A stretch of 64,000 nucleotides of DNA from Callorhinchus milii. Taxonomy: Eukaryota. A model generated the notes under the pieces. The model was given only the letters and a program-made list of their open reading frames with translations. It made no database searches and was not told the origin of the DNA. How positions within the stretch are numbered: position 1 is the first letter of the stretch; the number at the start of each line of letters is the position of its first letter. The stretch covers positions 101,248,001-101,312,000 of the forward strand of contig NW_024704743.1 of the NCBI RefSeq assembly GCF_018977255.1, written 5' to 3'. Below, piece after piece: positions 13,337 to 26,886 of this stretch. A program made the position numbers and the translations under genes.

Positions 13337-13567
13337 CTCTTTGACCGTGCCTTCAGCTCCCCTCTCGACTCTCTTCCTCCTCCTCGCTCCCTCCCTTCCC
13401 TCCCCTCACCCTGACCATTTCCCCCCTCCTCTCTCCCTCCCTCCCTTCCCTCCCCTCACCCTGACCATTTCCCCCCTGCTCGGGTCATGACCCAACTGTG
13501 CAGCGCCTTGGGACGTCCTCCTGACGTGAAAGGCGCTCTATAAATGGAATCTTGTTGTTGTTGTTGT
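13337..13567 (+). mobile_element. Young L2 3'UTR with an internal ~50-bp tandem duplication
   Basis: Nearly identical to 5565-5742; CTCCCTCCCTTCCCTCCCCTCACCCTGACCATTTCCCCCCT twice; (TTG)n tail. Confidence 0.92.
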
Positions 13568-14458
13568 TAAACTCTCAGAGATGCACCCTGACATGGCTAA
13601 TATTCCAAGGGCTGCGGATTCTACTTACAGAAACTATTAGCACTTTAAACAAGAACAGTACAGAAATCCAAGTCCAAGTTAGTAAAGCATCTCCTGCTTC
13701 TGTTCTGCCTTTTATGTGCCACAGTATGTAAACAAATAGTGGAATGTATCTGTTTGAAATTTAGAAATTCACCAATCGCAGCTAAATTTAAATGACTTGT
13801 TCCTTGCCAATAAGCTTTGTTTTTAGACTTGTTCAGATGTTAGCAGATGCAAATCCCTATGTCCCAAGTGCTGTTTGACTTCACCGGAAGAGGGTTTGAA
13901 CTATAGTCAAGTTGATTATAAAAGTTAGACAAGTAATATGGTGCTTCAGTTAATACTGGATTCTGAAGCTTGATGGGAACAAGAAGTTTGAATTCAAGTC
14001 ACGTATCCACTGTGACTCCTGAGTTTGTCCATTTCAGTTGTATCCTCTGGATACAGGGCAACATAGAGGATGCTTTCTCAGGTGTTTCCATTGAATGGAC
14101 TAGTGAATTCACAGGCTTTATACCATTTATTAGGGATTATTTCACTCACAGACTAAAGCACCATTCGTCGATGCTGTAAAATGTGTTGAATTCAATATCA
14201 AATTTACAAGTGATGATTTTCACTTTTTTTCCCAAAGGCATTTTATGTTTGTGAGATGAAGGTTTTGTTAATTGTGAGAAACTTTGCTCAGAGCAAAGTG
14301 TAGATTTCAAGAGCAAGTAAAGAAATGTGATAGATATGCATCTGAATCTTCATATATTATGATGTGCTGTTAGAAGATCAAACAGTTAATATGCATTGTA
14401 AAATTGTATTCATTATTAAAACTTAATTCAAATGAAATGCAGGGAAAGTGACAAGCAG

Positions 14459-14820
14459 TTATAATCCTTGCATTTGATTTAGCGCTTTTCACGTCTTCTC
14501 GACATCAAAGCGCTTCACAGAATATGCTGTAAAGTGAATTGACTGTATATTTGTGGGCGAAACGCGGCAGCTAATTGCGCACAGCAGTGTCCCACAAACA
14601 ATCGTGGATTGAAAATGACCAATGTATTATTGTTTTGTTTTGGAGGGATTATTATTAGGCGTGTGGAGTAAGGAAACTTGCCCAAGGTTTCACTCTGCCT
14701 GGAATTGAACCCAGGTATTTCGCTTGCAAGGCAAGCGCTCTAACCACTCAGCTACAGGACTCCACGAGGCGTCCATTAGGCGTGTGGAGCAAGGAAACTT
14801 GCCCAGGGTTTCGCCCTGCC
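14459..14820 (-). mobile_element. Full-length short-form SINE (14459-14763) plus a partial second copy (14775-14820)
   Basis: Complete head-to-tail match to the other copies; second fragment repeats attaggcgtgtggag...ctgcc. Confidence 0.92.
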
Positions 14821-14849
14821 TTATTTTTCTTAATGCTTGACTTTTTTAA

Positions 14850-15017
<168 letters not shown>

Positions 15018-15449
15018 TGAAAATTCTCATTTAATTTTTACAATCTGATGACCAACAGCAACCTTACTTCTAAAAGAAATTCAACGGAACAGTCCAGCTG
15101 GGACTACATGTTTGCTGTAGATTCATTGATGGGTGATTGCCCACTGACAACAAGACTTGTTTTTAAATGAAAATTCCACACTCTAGTTGTTTTGTATCAG
15201 GTTCACTGTCTTGAAATCAAACCGCTAGTGTTTTATATTCTGCTCCCATATCCATATTTTGTTGTTGTCTATTGCCCAGAGTTAATCATGACAAGCTTGC
15301 TACCGCAGCTGTTTTCACATCAGGAAGATGTCTCAAAGTGCTTCACAGGATATAAAGTACAGCGTAGTGGCTGTTGGTCTTCCAAAATACACATTTGCCT
15401 ACAAAATAAACAATTTGCACACAGCAATGTTCCAGCAATGAAGTGAATA

Positions 15450-15995
15450 ACCTTGCATTCATCCCGTCTAGGCTAGACTATGCTAACTCTTCCCAGCTTG
15501 TCGGCCTTCTCAACTCTTCCCTCCACAAGTTGCAGATCATTCAGAACCCTGCAGCTTGTGTTCTCTCTCACACCTTGCTCTGTGACCCTATCACCCCCAT
15601 TCTCGCCTGGCTCCTCAACCCCTTGAGGATAGAGTTCAAAGTCCTTGCCTTAAAAGCCTTTCCTACCTCGGTGACCTGCTAACCCCATATCAACCTGCTT
15701 GCTCAGTGGACTCCATCCTGGACTGCTTGCCTACCATTAGCGGTCGGGCTTTCAGCTTCTCTGCCCCCACGCTTTGGAACTCCATCCCACGTTCCCTTTG
15801 TCTCGCTCCCTCGCCTTCTTCAAGGCACATCTTAATGATGTCCCTCCTCTGCAACCGGGCCTTCGGTCACCCTCCCAGTCCTCTACCTTTCCTGATCACA
15901 ATCCCAAACTCGGGTCCAAACCCCTAACTGTCCAGCGCCTTGGGATGTCCTCCTGATATGAAAGGTGCTATACAAATGTAATTTGTTGTTGTTGA
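15450..15995 (+). mobile_element. L2 3' fragment
   Basis: SRLDYANS...LHKLQIIQN motif; L2 tail. Confidence 0.88.
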
Positions 15996-17729
15996 ATTAC
16001 CTTTTTATTTTAAGGATGGTTGGCCAGAATTCTCTTCTCTCTTTGTGTATTCAATGCACTTATATATAAAACCTAAAATTCTTATCTTATGTGTTAATGA
16101 ATTCTTCAATCTGTGGACTGTCGGAATGAAGTCTTATCTCCCCAACCTTATCATGAACTAGCACTCCCATCTGTAATGATGCTAATTGGCAGCCTCTGAT
16201 CCTTCAGTGTTAGATTAACTTGGCTGATTTAGCTCAAATCATAACAATGTGCATTTATTTAACACTTTTGCTTCTGGGTTCAAGATTGTAGGTGCAAGCT
16301 GTACATTATTTCAAGTACATGGCCTTGCTCAATCGTTCTACCACCTCCTACAACCCTACTGACCCAGCCTCTCTCTTCACTCAAACACCAGCCTGCTTCA
16401 GGTTCCTTGCCATATGTGGTCCTTATCGGTGGGTGAGCTTTGAGCCCTTCTGCCTCTCATCTCTGGAACTCCATCCCATAGTCCCTAAGACTCGCCCTCC
16501 GTCCCCACTTTAAAAACCCATCTTGCCTCTTCCACTGCACTTTCGGTCATCTTCCAACCCATCTCCCCTGCAGCTCACTTTGAGAAGTATTCCCAGTATG
16601 AAAGTTGCTACGTAAATTGTAATGTATTGCCTAAGCTGACACTTCAGTACAATTTTAGAGTAGTGCTGCATTGCTGAAAATGGTGTTTGGATGACATCTT
16701 AAACAAAGGTCTGGTTAAAGATATGACCCTGTACAGCTTACCAATTAGCATCCAGCCCTGCCTATCACTCTCCGGAGGCAGCAAGAAGTTGACGGGAAGT
16801 GAGTCATACCTCCCACTCCACTTCTCTTCCCATCGCTCTCCGCGCTGCCTCAGGATGAGTCATATCTCCCGCAATTGAGGTAAGGCGGAGAGCAAAGAAA
16901 GAGAGGTTGAATGGAGGGTATGACTCGTACCTCCCACTCTGGCTCTCTTTCGATCGTTCTCCACACTACCTCTTACAAGGTTGTACAAGACATGAGACAG
17001 AGCAGGAGGTATGAGAAGAGAGATGGCGTGGATATAACTGGACACCATCTAGGCAATGTGAGTAATTTGCTGACTTTCATTTACTAATTGGTTAAAATTT
17101 AAAATGACCATGTAATGGTTTTAATTGTTTTAAATCATTTGGTCATTGCCTGTCCACCATAAGCTGGAGCTCACCCAAATTTCAATTCCAAGCTAAGTCA
17201 CTGAGACTGGATGTCTCAAAGCACATTGCAAAGATAACATCGACAACTTGCATTTATATAGTGCCCTTCATGCAGGGTAGAGTTTCAAAGCTCTTAGATA
17301 GGAGCCAATGAGCTCCGATTGGCAAAGTCTTATGGTGAAGGATTGTTATCCTGATACTGATTACTATCCATAATACTGAGCTCACATTGGCAAAGTCTCA
17401 AGTCTGATTGGCAAAGTCTCAAAGCACTTCACAGGATATACTGTAAAGTGGATTGACTGTTGTTTTGTGGCTGAAAAAACTCCCTGCGCCTGTAAAGCCC
17501 CCCCCCCCTTTCATTAAAGAGTGATCTAATCATAACTATATGGTGAATAACAGTCAAGTGATAAAACTGAATTAAAGGTAATTAATCAAACTTTATTGGG
17601 CTATTTCTATGGCTTATTTTGCTTGATCAAGTTGAAGGTTCATTGGTTGTTTACTCATGGCCATTAAAGTTTGCTTGAGTGGCAGAGCAGAGCATATCTT
17701 TGTGAACTTCATGTGAAAATGTTATTTTC

Positions 17730-18860
17730 AGTGTTCTCGCAGCAAATGGCTTCTCCTCCAGCCCCCGCACCGTCTCGTGCGGTGTCCCTCAGGGCTCTGT
17801 CCTGTGTCCCCTCCTCTTCACCCTCTACGTGCTCCTCCTTGGAGACATCATCCACAGACATGGGGTAAATTTCCACATGTATGTGGATGACACCCAACTC
17901 TATCTCTCTGCCTCCACCCTCAACTCCAGGACTACTGGTGTCCTGACCAACTGCCTGTCCGAAGTCAAGTCCTGGACAAGGGACAACTTTCTCCAACTCA
18001 ACGTCAGCAAGACCGAGGTCATGCCGATTGGCTCACGCCAGCAACTCCGCACCTCGGGCGCTGGCAGCATCAGCCTCCACGGCTGCACATTCAACCTCAC
18101 TAAGCCAGTCAGGAACCTGTGTGTCTTATTTGACCCTGAACTGTCCTTTCTCTCCCACATCCGCGCCATGACCAGCACTGTCTACCACCACCTCCACAAC
18201 ATTGCCAGACTCTGCCACTGCCTCACCCCTCAGGCTGCCGAAACCCTCACCCATGCATTTGTCACATCAAGGCTCGATTACGGGAACTCCCTCCTCGTCG
18301 TCCTTCCCAACTCTTCCCTCCACAAGCTGCAGATCATCCAAAACTCTGCAGCTTGTGTACTGTCGCGCACCAGGCTCCGTGACCCCATCACTCCCACCCT
18401 CAACTGACTCAACTGGCTCCCCATCCCCCAGAGGATCGAGTTCAAGATCCTCGTCCTCACTTTCAAGGCCATCCATGGCCTTGCCCCCTCCTACCTCTCT
18501 GATCTGCTGACTCCCTACCAACCTGCCCGCTCCCTCCGTTCAGCGGGCTCCAGTCTGCTCCATGTTTCCCGCCCGACCCGCCCTACCATCAGTGGCCAGG
18601 CTTTCAACCTCTCTGCCTCCACACTCTGTAACTCCATCCCACGGTCCCTTCGCCTCGCTTCCTCCCTTGCCTACTTCAAGGCCGGTCTCAAGACCCTTCT
18701 CTTCGATCGTGCCTTTGGTCGCCCTCCCACCTCTCTGCCTTCCCTCACCCCTATACCACCCCTCCCCCATGCTCGGGCCCCGACACCTGACTGTTCAGCG
18801 CTTTAGGACATCCTCCCTACGTGAAAAGTGCTCTATAAATGTATTTTTGTTCTTGTTTTC
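17730..18860 (+). mobile_element. L2 LINE 3' 1.1 kb with RT core
   Basis: ORF 17829..18407 [11 protein letters not shown]...LQLNVSKTE...[16 protein letters not shown] upstream; L2 stem-loop tail. Confidence 0.95.
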
Positions 18861-19600
18861 TTTAAGATGAAAGGTCTTTGAGTTTCTTAGAAAGATGTTA
18901 ACACACAATGCTGTGTGAAAGCATGAAGACTGTATGATCCACTCGCTATTACAGCATTCAAGCTGTCCATGTTATGTCTGTGCTTCAGACTATCATTTTA
19001 ATGTAAATTTTCTAAACACATATAGTATAGTGGATTCCTAAGTGGAAGGGGTTCAAAAGAATTGATCTTGGACGTGAAACTCAATATTCAGAGTTTTTAA
19101 TCTTGAGCTAGTTTAATCAAAAGGAAGCATGCATGGGTAAGTCTGTTTAATTAAAGATTCAGTGAGTTGAAAAGCTTTCTGGAAGATATGTGTACTGTCA
19201 CAGCATATGCTGTCAAATAACTTGCTTTGTAGAGTATGTGGAGTTAAGCCTAAAATGTGCTCTTTGAGTGTATCAGAACCGCTTTAAATCTATCTTGTGC
19301 TGCATTTATTTACAGTGTAGGAATTTAATTTATTTCCATAATTGAATAGAAGCTACTAACATCAATTTAGAGTTGTATGCAAGCATAGCACCACAAAATT
19401 GTTTTTTGTTTAAAAAAAATGCTTTCTTGCAAACCTTTCCGTTGTTGATCTATCTTCCATTTAAATAAATACTTCTTGGAGTCTCTCCTAAAACTGCCCT
19501 TCACAATCTTGAATTTGCCTTTTCTACTGCCTTGGCATGTTGTTTAAATGTTCTTGGGCAATCAATTCAACTAGCTACCAGCTGCGAGTGTTCAAAGACC

Positions 19601-19601
<1 letters not shown>

Positions 19602-19632
<31 letters not shown>

Positions 19633-19710
19633 CTTTGCATTTGATATAGCGCTTTTCACGTCGGGAGGACGTCCCAAAGCGCTTCACAGAACACACTAAA
19701 GTGAATTGAC
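19602..19710 (-). mobile_element. Young 5'-truncated SINE with a long (TTA)n tail
   Basis: About 10 TAA units and a perfect 3' stem-loop. Confidence 0.9.
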
Positions 19711-20159
19711 GGGAAGGACATTAATTCACAAATGCTGAATTCATACTTTTGTGGGATGAATTCAAATGCTGAGACCACCTTCTGAAGGAACGAGTTTCTC
19801 GGGCTATCATCCTGATGTAGTCAGGATCACTGCCAGAATTGTGACAGATTTTCTTGATGCGTGTACCTACAAGTACATCAGTCTGCTCAGTTGAATAATT
19901 CATTTTAAAATGTCTATTTTACCCAAAAAAACTTTTGCTGAAAGCAAATTTGACAATTAGTAATTCTGGAAATGCAAACGTTTGCATTTAATTCAGGATT
20001 TTCGCTACATAAAAACTTGAGGTAGCAAGTAACTACAGATTATAGAATGAGCACTGAAAAATGATCATTCTCAACAATGTTATCTGAGACAAAGGATATG
20101 TTGGTCTCAGATTACATTACTTATGCAAGATCATAAATGCTGACATTTTTCTGTTTCAG

Positions 20160-20246
20160 GGCAGTGCTAACCTGGATATCCAGAATGTAAATCAGCAAAC
20201 TGCACTCCATCTAGCTGTTGAACGTCAGCACACCCAAATTGTGCGG
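20160..20246 (+). CDS. MIB1: MIB1 exon (exon 14 equivalent), ankyrin repeat
   Basis: tttcag|GGC AGT...GTG CGG|gtaaga; [29 protein letters not shown]; 87 nt, phase 0/0. Confidence 0.97.
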
Positions 20247-20529
20247 GTAAGATGACCAAAAGTACAAGGGACAGCACTCTGCTGGAATACTTTTTTTAAA
20301 AGATGCATAATTCCTTAATTTAAGATTAAATATTGTAGTAGTGGAGGAAATTAATTTGAGGAAGTAGAATGATTTGTAATTGGTTACATTATTATTTGAG
20401 TGCCCTGATGCCAATGCCAATTGAGTTCAATGTAGTTGTAATACAAACTCCATTCAAGATGTATATGATATCTGTGGATTTCTAATTATTTGAGCGAGAT
20501 TTTGTCTAACTTGTTAATATAGCCTGTAT

Positions 20530-20945
20530 TCCATGACCCACATCCTCGCCAGGCTGCACTGGCTCACCATCCCCCAGAGGACTGAGTTCAAGATCCTCTT
20601 CCTCACTTTTAAATCCCACCCCACTCCCCCCACTTGGCATGCACTTGCCTGCTTCACTTCCCCGCCCTGCCTGCTATACCATTAGCAATCAAACTTTCAA
20701 CCTATTTACACCAGTTCTGCAACTCCGTTCTAGAGTCCCTTGCCTCGCCTCCTTGAAAGTTCATCTCAAGACCTTTTTCTTTGACTGTACCTTTTTCTTT
20801 GACTGGTCATCTTCCTCCCCCACCCCCATTGGCCCCAGCCCACCTGAATCCAACCCCGAGCTTGAGTGCAAACCCTCAACTGTCCAGCGCCTTGGATTGT
20901 CCTCCCAACGAGACAGGCACTATATAAATGCAAGTTGCTGTGTTC
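20530..20945 (+). mobile_element. Old L2 3' fragment
   Basis: ctgcactggctcaccatcccccagagg...cagcgccttgg tail. Confidence 0.8.
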
Positions 20946-21614
20946 AACTTTTTATTGGAATGTGTTGTAAATATTATTCTGATTTTTTTTCATATAAAAA
21001 GGATGCTTGTAATTTGTTTTCCTCTTTTTATTTGCCTCTCTAAAAAATATAAGGGTGCTTTCGTGCTTTTGTTGCAGAAAATTATACTTTTGGTAAATAG
21101 CCCTACATTGAAAAAGAACAAACAGATATTTTTACACAAATTTTGTGTTATTAATTTATAATTGAGAGCGCAAAGCTGGTCCAAAGTGGAGATGGTTTAC
21201 ATGGAAGTGACTTCCTAAACATGCATACAAGCTATGTTGTTAGATGAAGGTATCAAAGTGAGGCATGTTTGTCCACAACATGGAAGGAAAGGCCTTCCAT
21301 GCTGCTCTTATGAATCTGACAACAATTTGCTGGAGAAGCGTAGCCATATACCTGGGAGGAAGTTTCCTGAGTCCTTTCTAGCATCCCATCGCTAAAACTG
21401 AGAACATCTCTTTTGTAAAGAAGAACAAATGCTGAGGAAGGCAAGCTTGCAATATGAAAACAATGTCACAATTTCATAACATTTAACATACCACTGAAAG
21501 CTATGATCTCATTATCAGTAATAATTTGGGAATTTGATTTGATGAGAATGACTTGGAGATTTTAAGAAAGGAACTTTTTTTTTAAGACTGATGTAAAATT
21601 CTTTTACCTTTTAG

Positions 21615-21800
<186 letters not shown>

Positions 21801-22372
21801 TAGTATTGTCCAAAAATCTAGATCATTTATGAATGTCTGCTCTTTTGCGTACCTGTGTTAGCAATTCTCCATTTTTGAATTCCTGATTTGAAGCTGCTCT
21901 TCTGCCGAGAAGAATTGAGTCATGCACCTTTCACTTCTTACACATCCAAATTCTCTTCTTGTCCTTCAAAAAATTCTGAGTGGCTGCTCAATCAATATCT
22001 GTAAAATAGATATTCTAGGAAGCTGGAGGTGTCACAGCCCCCTTTGTTCTCAGAAACTAGTCCAGTATGATTGCTAATATACTAGTTTATGACTCTTGTG
22101 AGGTTGCATTAGTCTTCCAATAACATTTCCTGAATACATATTCAGCTGTGAGAGAGCTATTTATGAAGGCAAATAGAGTGGACATTTGGGAGAGGTTTAG
22201 GTGGCTATTGGGAATTAAAACTCCTATGACGTTTTAAAGATGTTCGGGAGACCACAGAGTGAGAAAATGAACACACATAAGAATGCCAATACCTTTGGCA
22301 CTTAATTAACTAGGATAAGATTAAAATAATTGGATAGAAAAGATGGACATTTAGGCATGTGTGACATATTGT

Positions 22373-22738
22373 GGAGTCCTGTAGCTCAGTGGTTAGAGCA
22401 CTTGCCTCGCAAGCGAGAGATCTGGGTTCGATTCTCGGCAGGGTGAAAAGGTGGGCAAATTTTCTTACTCCACACATCTCTTTACATAGCAGTAAGTAGA
22501 AACCCGGGTGTTAGTCGATTGGCAGATCACTTTGCCGGGGGTAATAATTCCTTCAAAACAAAATAATAATAAATTGGTCACTCAATCCACGACTATTTGT
22601 GGGACACTGCTGTGTGCAATTGGCTGCCGCGTTTCGCCCACAAATTATACAGTCAATTCACTTTACAGTATATTCTGCGAAGTGCTTTGAGACATCTCGA
22701 AGATGTGATAAGGTGCTATATAAAATGCAAGGATTATT
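22373..22738 (+). mobile_element. Full-length long-form tRNA-Ala/CORE-like/Deu SINE
   Basis: A box TAGCTCAGTGG, B box GTTCGATTC, anticodon-like CGC, extra ~62-bp central segment, Deu-like TGGGACACTGCTGTGTGCAATTGGCTGCC, L2-type tail. Confidence 0.92.
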
Positions 22739-25700
22739 GTTTATTAGAACATGATCAGTATGAATTATAAATCCTTCGAAGGTTTGATGATGGAGGAAGA
22801 GTAGAATCCTTTTTTCCTCTACAGTGGAATTTGATTTGAAGTTAAAATGTACAGATTTGTATCAATTTGAAAAAATACACAATGATTTATGTACTTTAGA
22901 TCCTGGGTTTTCAAACTGTGAGGCACACCCTACTGAGGGGGTGCTCCAAGCTTATCAGGAGTCCTGGTAGGATTACCACCTCGTTGATTTTTAACCAGCT
23001 TGGCCAGATTTTGTACTTCCTTGCCAGTTGCTAGCTTTTTACACTGCTGGGATGCTTGTGAGAGAGAGAGAGCACGTCACTGGACAGAAAAACGAGATGA
23101 GAGTGCCAGCTCAGGGTAGGGCTACAGCATGGGATGTGAGGCTGGGAGAGAACCCGGCAACGCACATGCGAGGCTTTGTGCTGCGAAGGTGTTCGGATGA
23201 AAGTTAAGGTGGTTGAAATTTTCTTCCCGTGTCCCCCTTTTTAGTAATTGGCTGCAGTAAAAAAAGAAAGTTCTCCAACATGCACTTTAATGATAATAAT
23301 CTTTGCATATATTATAGTGTCGGTTATTTCAAGCAGTTCTTTAACGATTGCGTTCATTTCGAGAAGTACTGTGTAGTTTTAAGTCTGCTTCTAACCTTAA
23401 GGAACAGCAGGTTTTTTTTATTTTAAATTGCTCTAGTTGTGGGAGGTCTTTAGAATATTGAACCCCCAAAACTTTGATCGCAGGTCATTTTGAGTCATGT
23501 CCAATAGAACTGTGAATGACCCAGACGGTGTATCAACAGGGAAATTAGGTTAACCCGGCGGGCAGCTGGAACACATAGCTGCTGGCTGAATCTCCCCACT
23601 GGCATGAACCCAAAATGGCAGGCCTGGTGAAGGAGATTTATAGAGTATTCTGACTAACACTTAAAAGCCTCAAAGATAAAAAGATTTGATAAGCATATTT
23701 CCTCTCTAATATGCATCACAAACCACAATATTCTTTGGAATTGGTTGCCAAGATGTACATACTTTGTTTAAAGGACATTTATTTAATGATCACTTCAGCT
23801 GACTTAACATTACAAAAAGATGAATGCCTTTTTCTCTTGATCCATCTATTGATCATGCAACTTCTGGCCAGTGGTGTAGCAATCTTGCACAAGTGCAAAC
23901 AAATTTAAGTTTATTAAGGAGAAGCTTTTTTTTAAATTGAATTCAAAGCAACCATTCTGCCATGGTGAATGATCATTTTGAAGACTGTCAGATTTGGGAA
24001 TATTGTGAATTTCACAGCGTTTTATAAAGTCGTTCAATCCTTTCTTTCAGTAGGGTTTTGTTTCTGATATTTGCAAAATAGATATTTGCTGCATGGGTGA
24101 GGAAGACAGAGAGCACACACCCATGTCCCTGAGTTATCCATTTTGCTCTTCAAACTCTTTTTTGCAGCTTTGGCAGTTTTCACAGATCATTCTGGTCAAC
24201 CAAGGAGACTGCAGGAAGGCTTTGTACTTCTTTTGTGAATGTTGCAAATTAGACCCACTATATGGAAGAGTGCAAACGGGAAATGTCAAGAGCAGTATCT
24301 CTTTAACATCATGCGAGAGGTTTAGAAGAAGTTCTTTTGCCCGTTTGATCATTTTTTCAGAATAGTATCTTCCCATTGGAGGGTCAAGCTGTTTCGTAAA
24401 GGAGCCCAGTGTTCTGGCCTCAACCATTATCTGTTGATGACCTTCTGTAAAGAAATGCTTTCCAGTGTTTGTCTTGCCCTTGACTCCATTGACTCATTGC
24501 CTCTTACCCCATTGCTTCTCTGTGTCTGAAAGTATTGTTCTCGGTTTTCTTTCTCTAACCCTTTTTAGTATCTTATATTTAGCATTTTCTGAGATCCCCT
24601 CTGAGATCTTCCTTTGGAAATGTTATGCTCATTGGAGTGAGGGGTGTTCGTTTTGGGGAAATGGGGGACTTTCTCAATTCAGGTACCTAGTTCCAACATT
24701 GCTTACTTCCAGTATAGCTATAAATAGCTGGTTAGATACTGGTTAGATGGTTAGATACTGAACTGAAGCAGTACATTCTGTGTCAAACTTATGCTTTATA
24801 TTAGCCTCAGTTGTGGGGTAATTTTGCTAATGTGTGTTCTGGCTTCTTTGTGTCTGCGTTCTTCCTTTGTTGCTCTTCATCCTTCTGTTGTAAATGATAG
24901 GGCCCCATTTAAAAGCTAGTACAGTACTTTCTTTTGAGGGTGAGTCAGTCTGCCAACAGTCAAAGGTGTTCAAAGATCATTTCTCATCTTCAACCTTAGG
25001 CAGAATATGATTTTGGCAGCAGTCTGGTTGCTGTTTTTGTTGTCTTTTAACCAGATCTAATATCTGCCGCAGTGCACATTATAGTGTTTATTTGTTTATA
25101 TATATGTATATGTGTGTGTACGTATATATATACTAAAGAAACTTTTATTTTTACACAAATAGTAATGTGAATGGCACTGGTACACATGGGCTTAGGTATA
25201 CAAATACTATTGAAACACCTTTCTAATAACTTTATGACAATTATTGCTTTTTTACAGGGAACTTCAGAATAAGTAGTAGTGCAGTTGTGTGGGCATCTTC
25301 TGTAGCCTTCAATCAGTGCATCTTGTACACTGCAGGAAATAAATGTGCGATTATCTTTATATAGATGTTTAACTCTATCCCATTTGAATGTTTAACTGCT
25401 ATGCGCAATTGGCTGCCGCATTTTGTCCACAAATATACAGTCAATTCACTTTAAGGCATATTCTGTGAAGCGCTTTGAGACGTCTAGAAGGCGTGAAAAG
25501 CACTATATCAAATGCAAGGATTATTATTATTATTTATTGTGGATTACTGTTAAAATAAAATGCTTACATATTTGCCATTTTATGCATAAAATGCATGGTT
25601 CAAATAGACTGATTGTTGCAGTGAGTTGACCCATTAAATGTCAAGAAAATAGTTTTAGTTTGTACCCATATTTTATTTGACTAATAAACACTGGGTTGTG

Positions 25701-25745
25701 ACCTGAAAAACTACTGAAGATCTAATCTTTGAGATTTTGGTTATA

Positions 25746-25862
25746 CAGGGTGATCAAAAAGTCGAGATAACGCCCCTATTATCCAAAACAAACTAAAAAT
25801 ATCAACATTTCTTTAAGACTTATTAGAAATTGTAATGCTATCACAACTTTTTGGTCAACCTA
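25746..25862. mobile_element. Tc1/mariner-type MITE (117 bp)
   Basis: Imperfect 17-bp TIRs CAGGGTGATCAAAAAGT / ACTTTTTGGTCAACCTA, TA on both sides. Confidence 0.75.
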
Positions 25863-25868
25863 TAGTAG

Positions 25869-26099
<231 letters not shown>

Positions 26100-26659
26100 T
26101 GATTTTAGTCTGGGGACATTCAGACTAACTAAAAGGAGATAATGCAGTTCACCAATTGAATTAAGCGTGCACGAGTGGTAAAGGTAATTAATTGTTTAAG
26201 TGCAGTCATTCGTGCTGGTTTGTAACTAAAATTGTACTTGGTAACTCTTGCTGATAAAAATAGGTACGTCACACTGACCTGTGGGAACTCTGCTTCGAGA
26301 CATGGGGTGGGTGTATTCCAGTCTAGCAAACCGACATTTCTGGCTAAGTGTAAAAATGCTGATTATCAACATTGTAATTGTTTGAATCCTACAAACAAGA
26401 GAGTGGACAATCTAGAAGTGTTGGGAGTCCACACAAGGCCTCACGGAAACTTTTAAAAATGTTTTGGTTTCAGGCCTGGTCTGGCTAGGTTGGATTTCCG
26501 GATACCCAGAGTCCAGTGAGCCAAGGATTTACCATAGTTGTTTCCTTCAATCCAAAAATTCCTCTGCAAATTTCTACTCTCAAGCTTGGAAATGTTAAAA
26601 ACACAGACTCACTTGTGAACATTAAACTTAATACTTGAAAGAGAAAAATATTTCAATTT

Positions 26660-26886
26660 AGTCAATTGGCAGATACTTTTCCAGGGAGTAATAATCCCTT
26701 CCAAAAAAAATAATTTGGTCATTCAATCCATGACTGTTAGTGGGACACTGCTGTGCACAATTGGCTGCTGCATTTCACCCACAAAATGTACAGTCAATTC
26801 ACTTTACAGCATATTCCGTGAAGCACTTTGAGACATTTCGAAGATCTAATAAGGAACTATATCAAATACAAGGATTATTATTATTA
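26660..26886 (+). mobile_element. Long-form SINE, 5'-truncated
   Basis: Matches 22510-22738. Confidence 0.88.

Noticed and set aside
22901..23480. Possible hAT MITE starting cctgggttttcaaactgtg
   Set aside because: No convincing right TIR or 8-bp target duplication.
24729..24760. TGGTTAGAT(AC) short tandem triplication
   Set aside because: Ordinary slippage duplication; no unique spacers, so not CRISPR-like.
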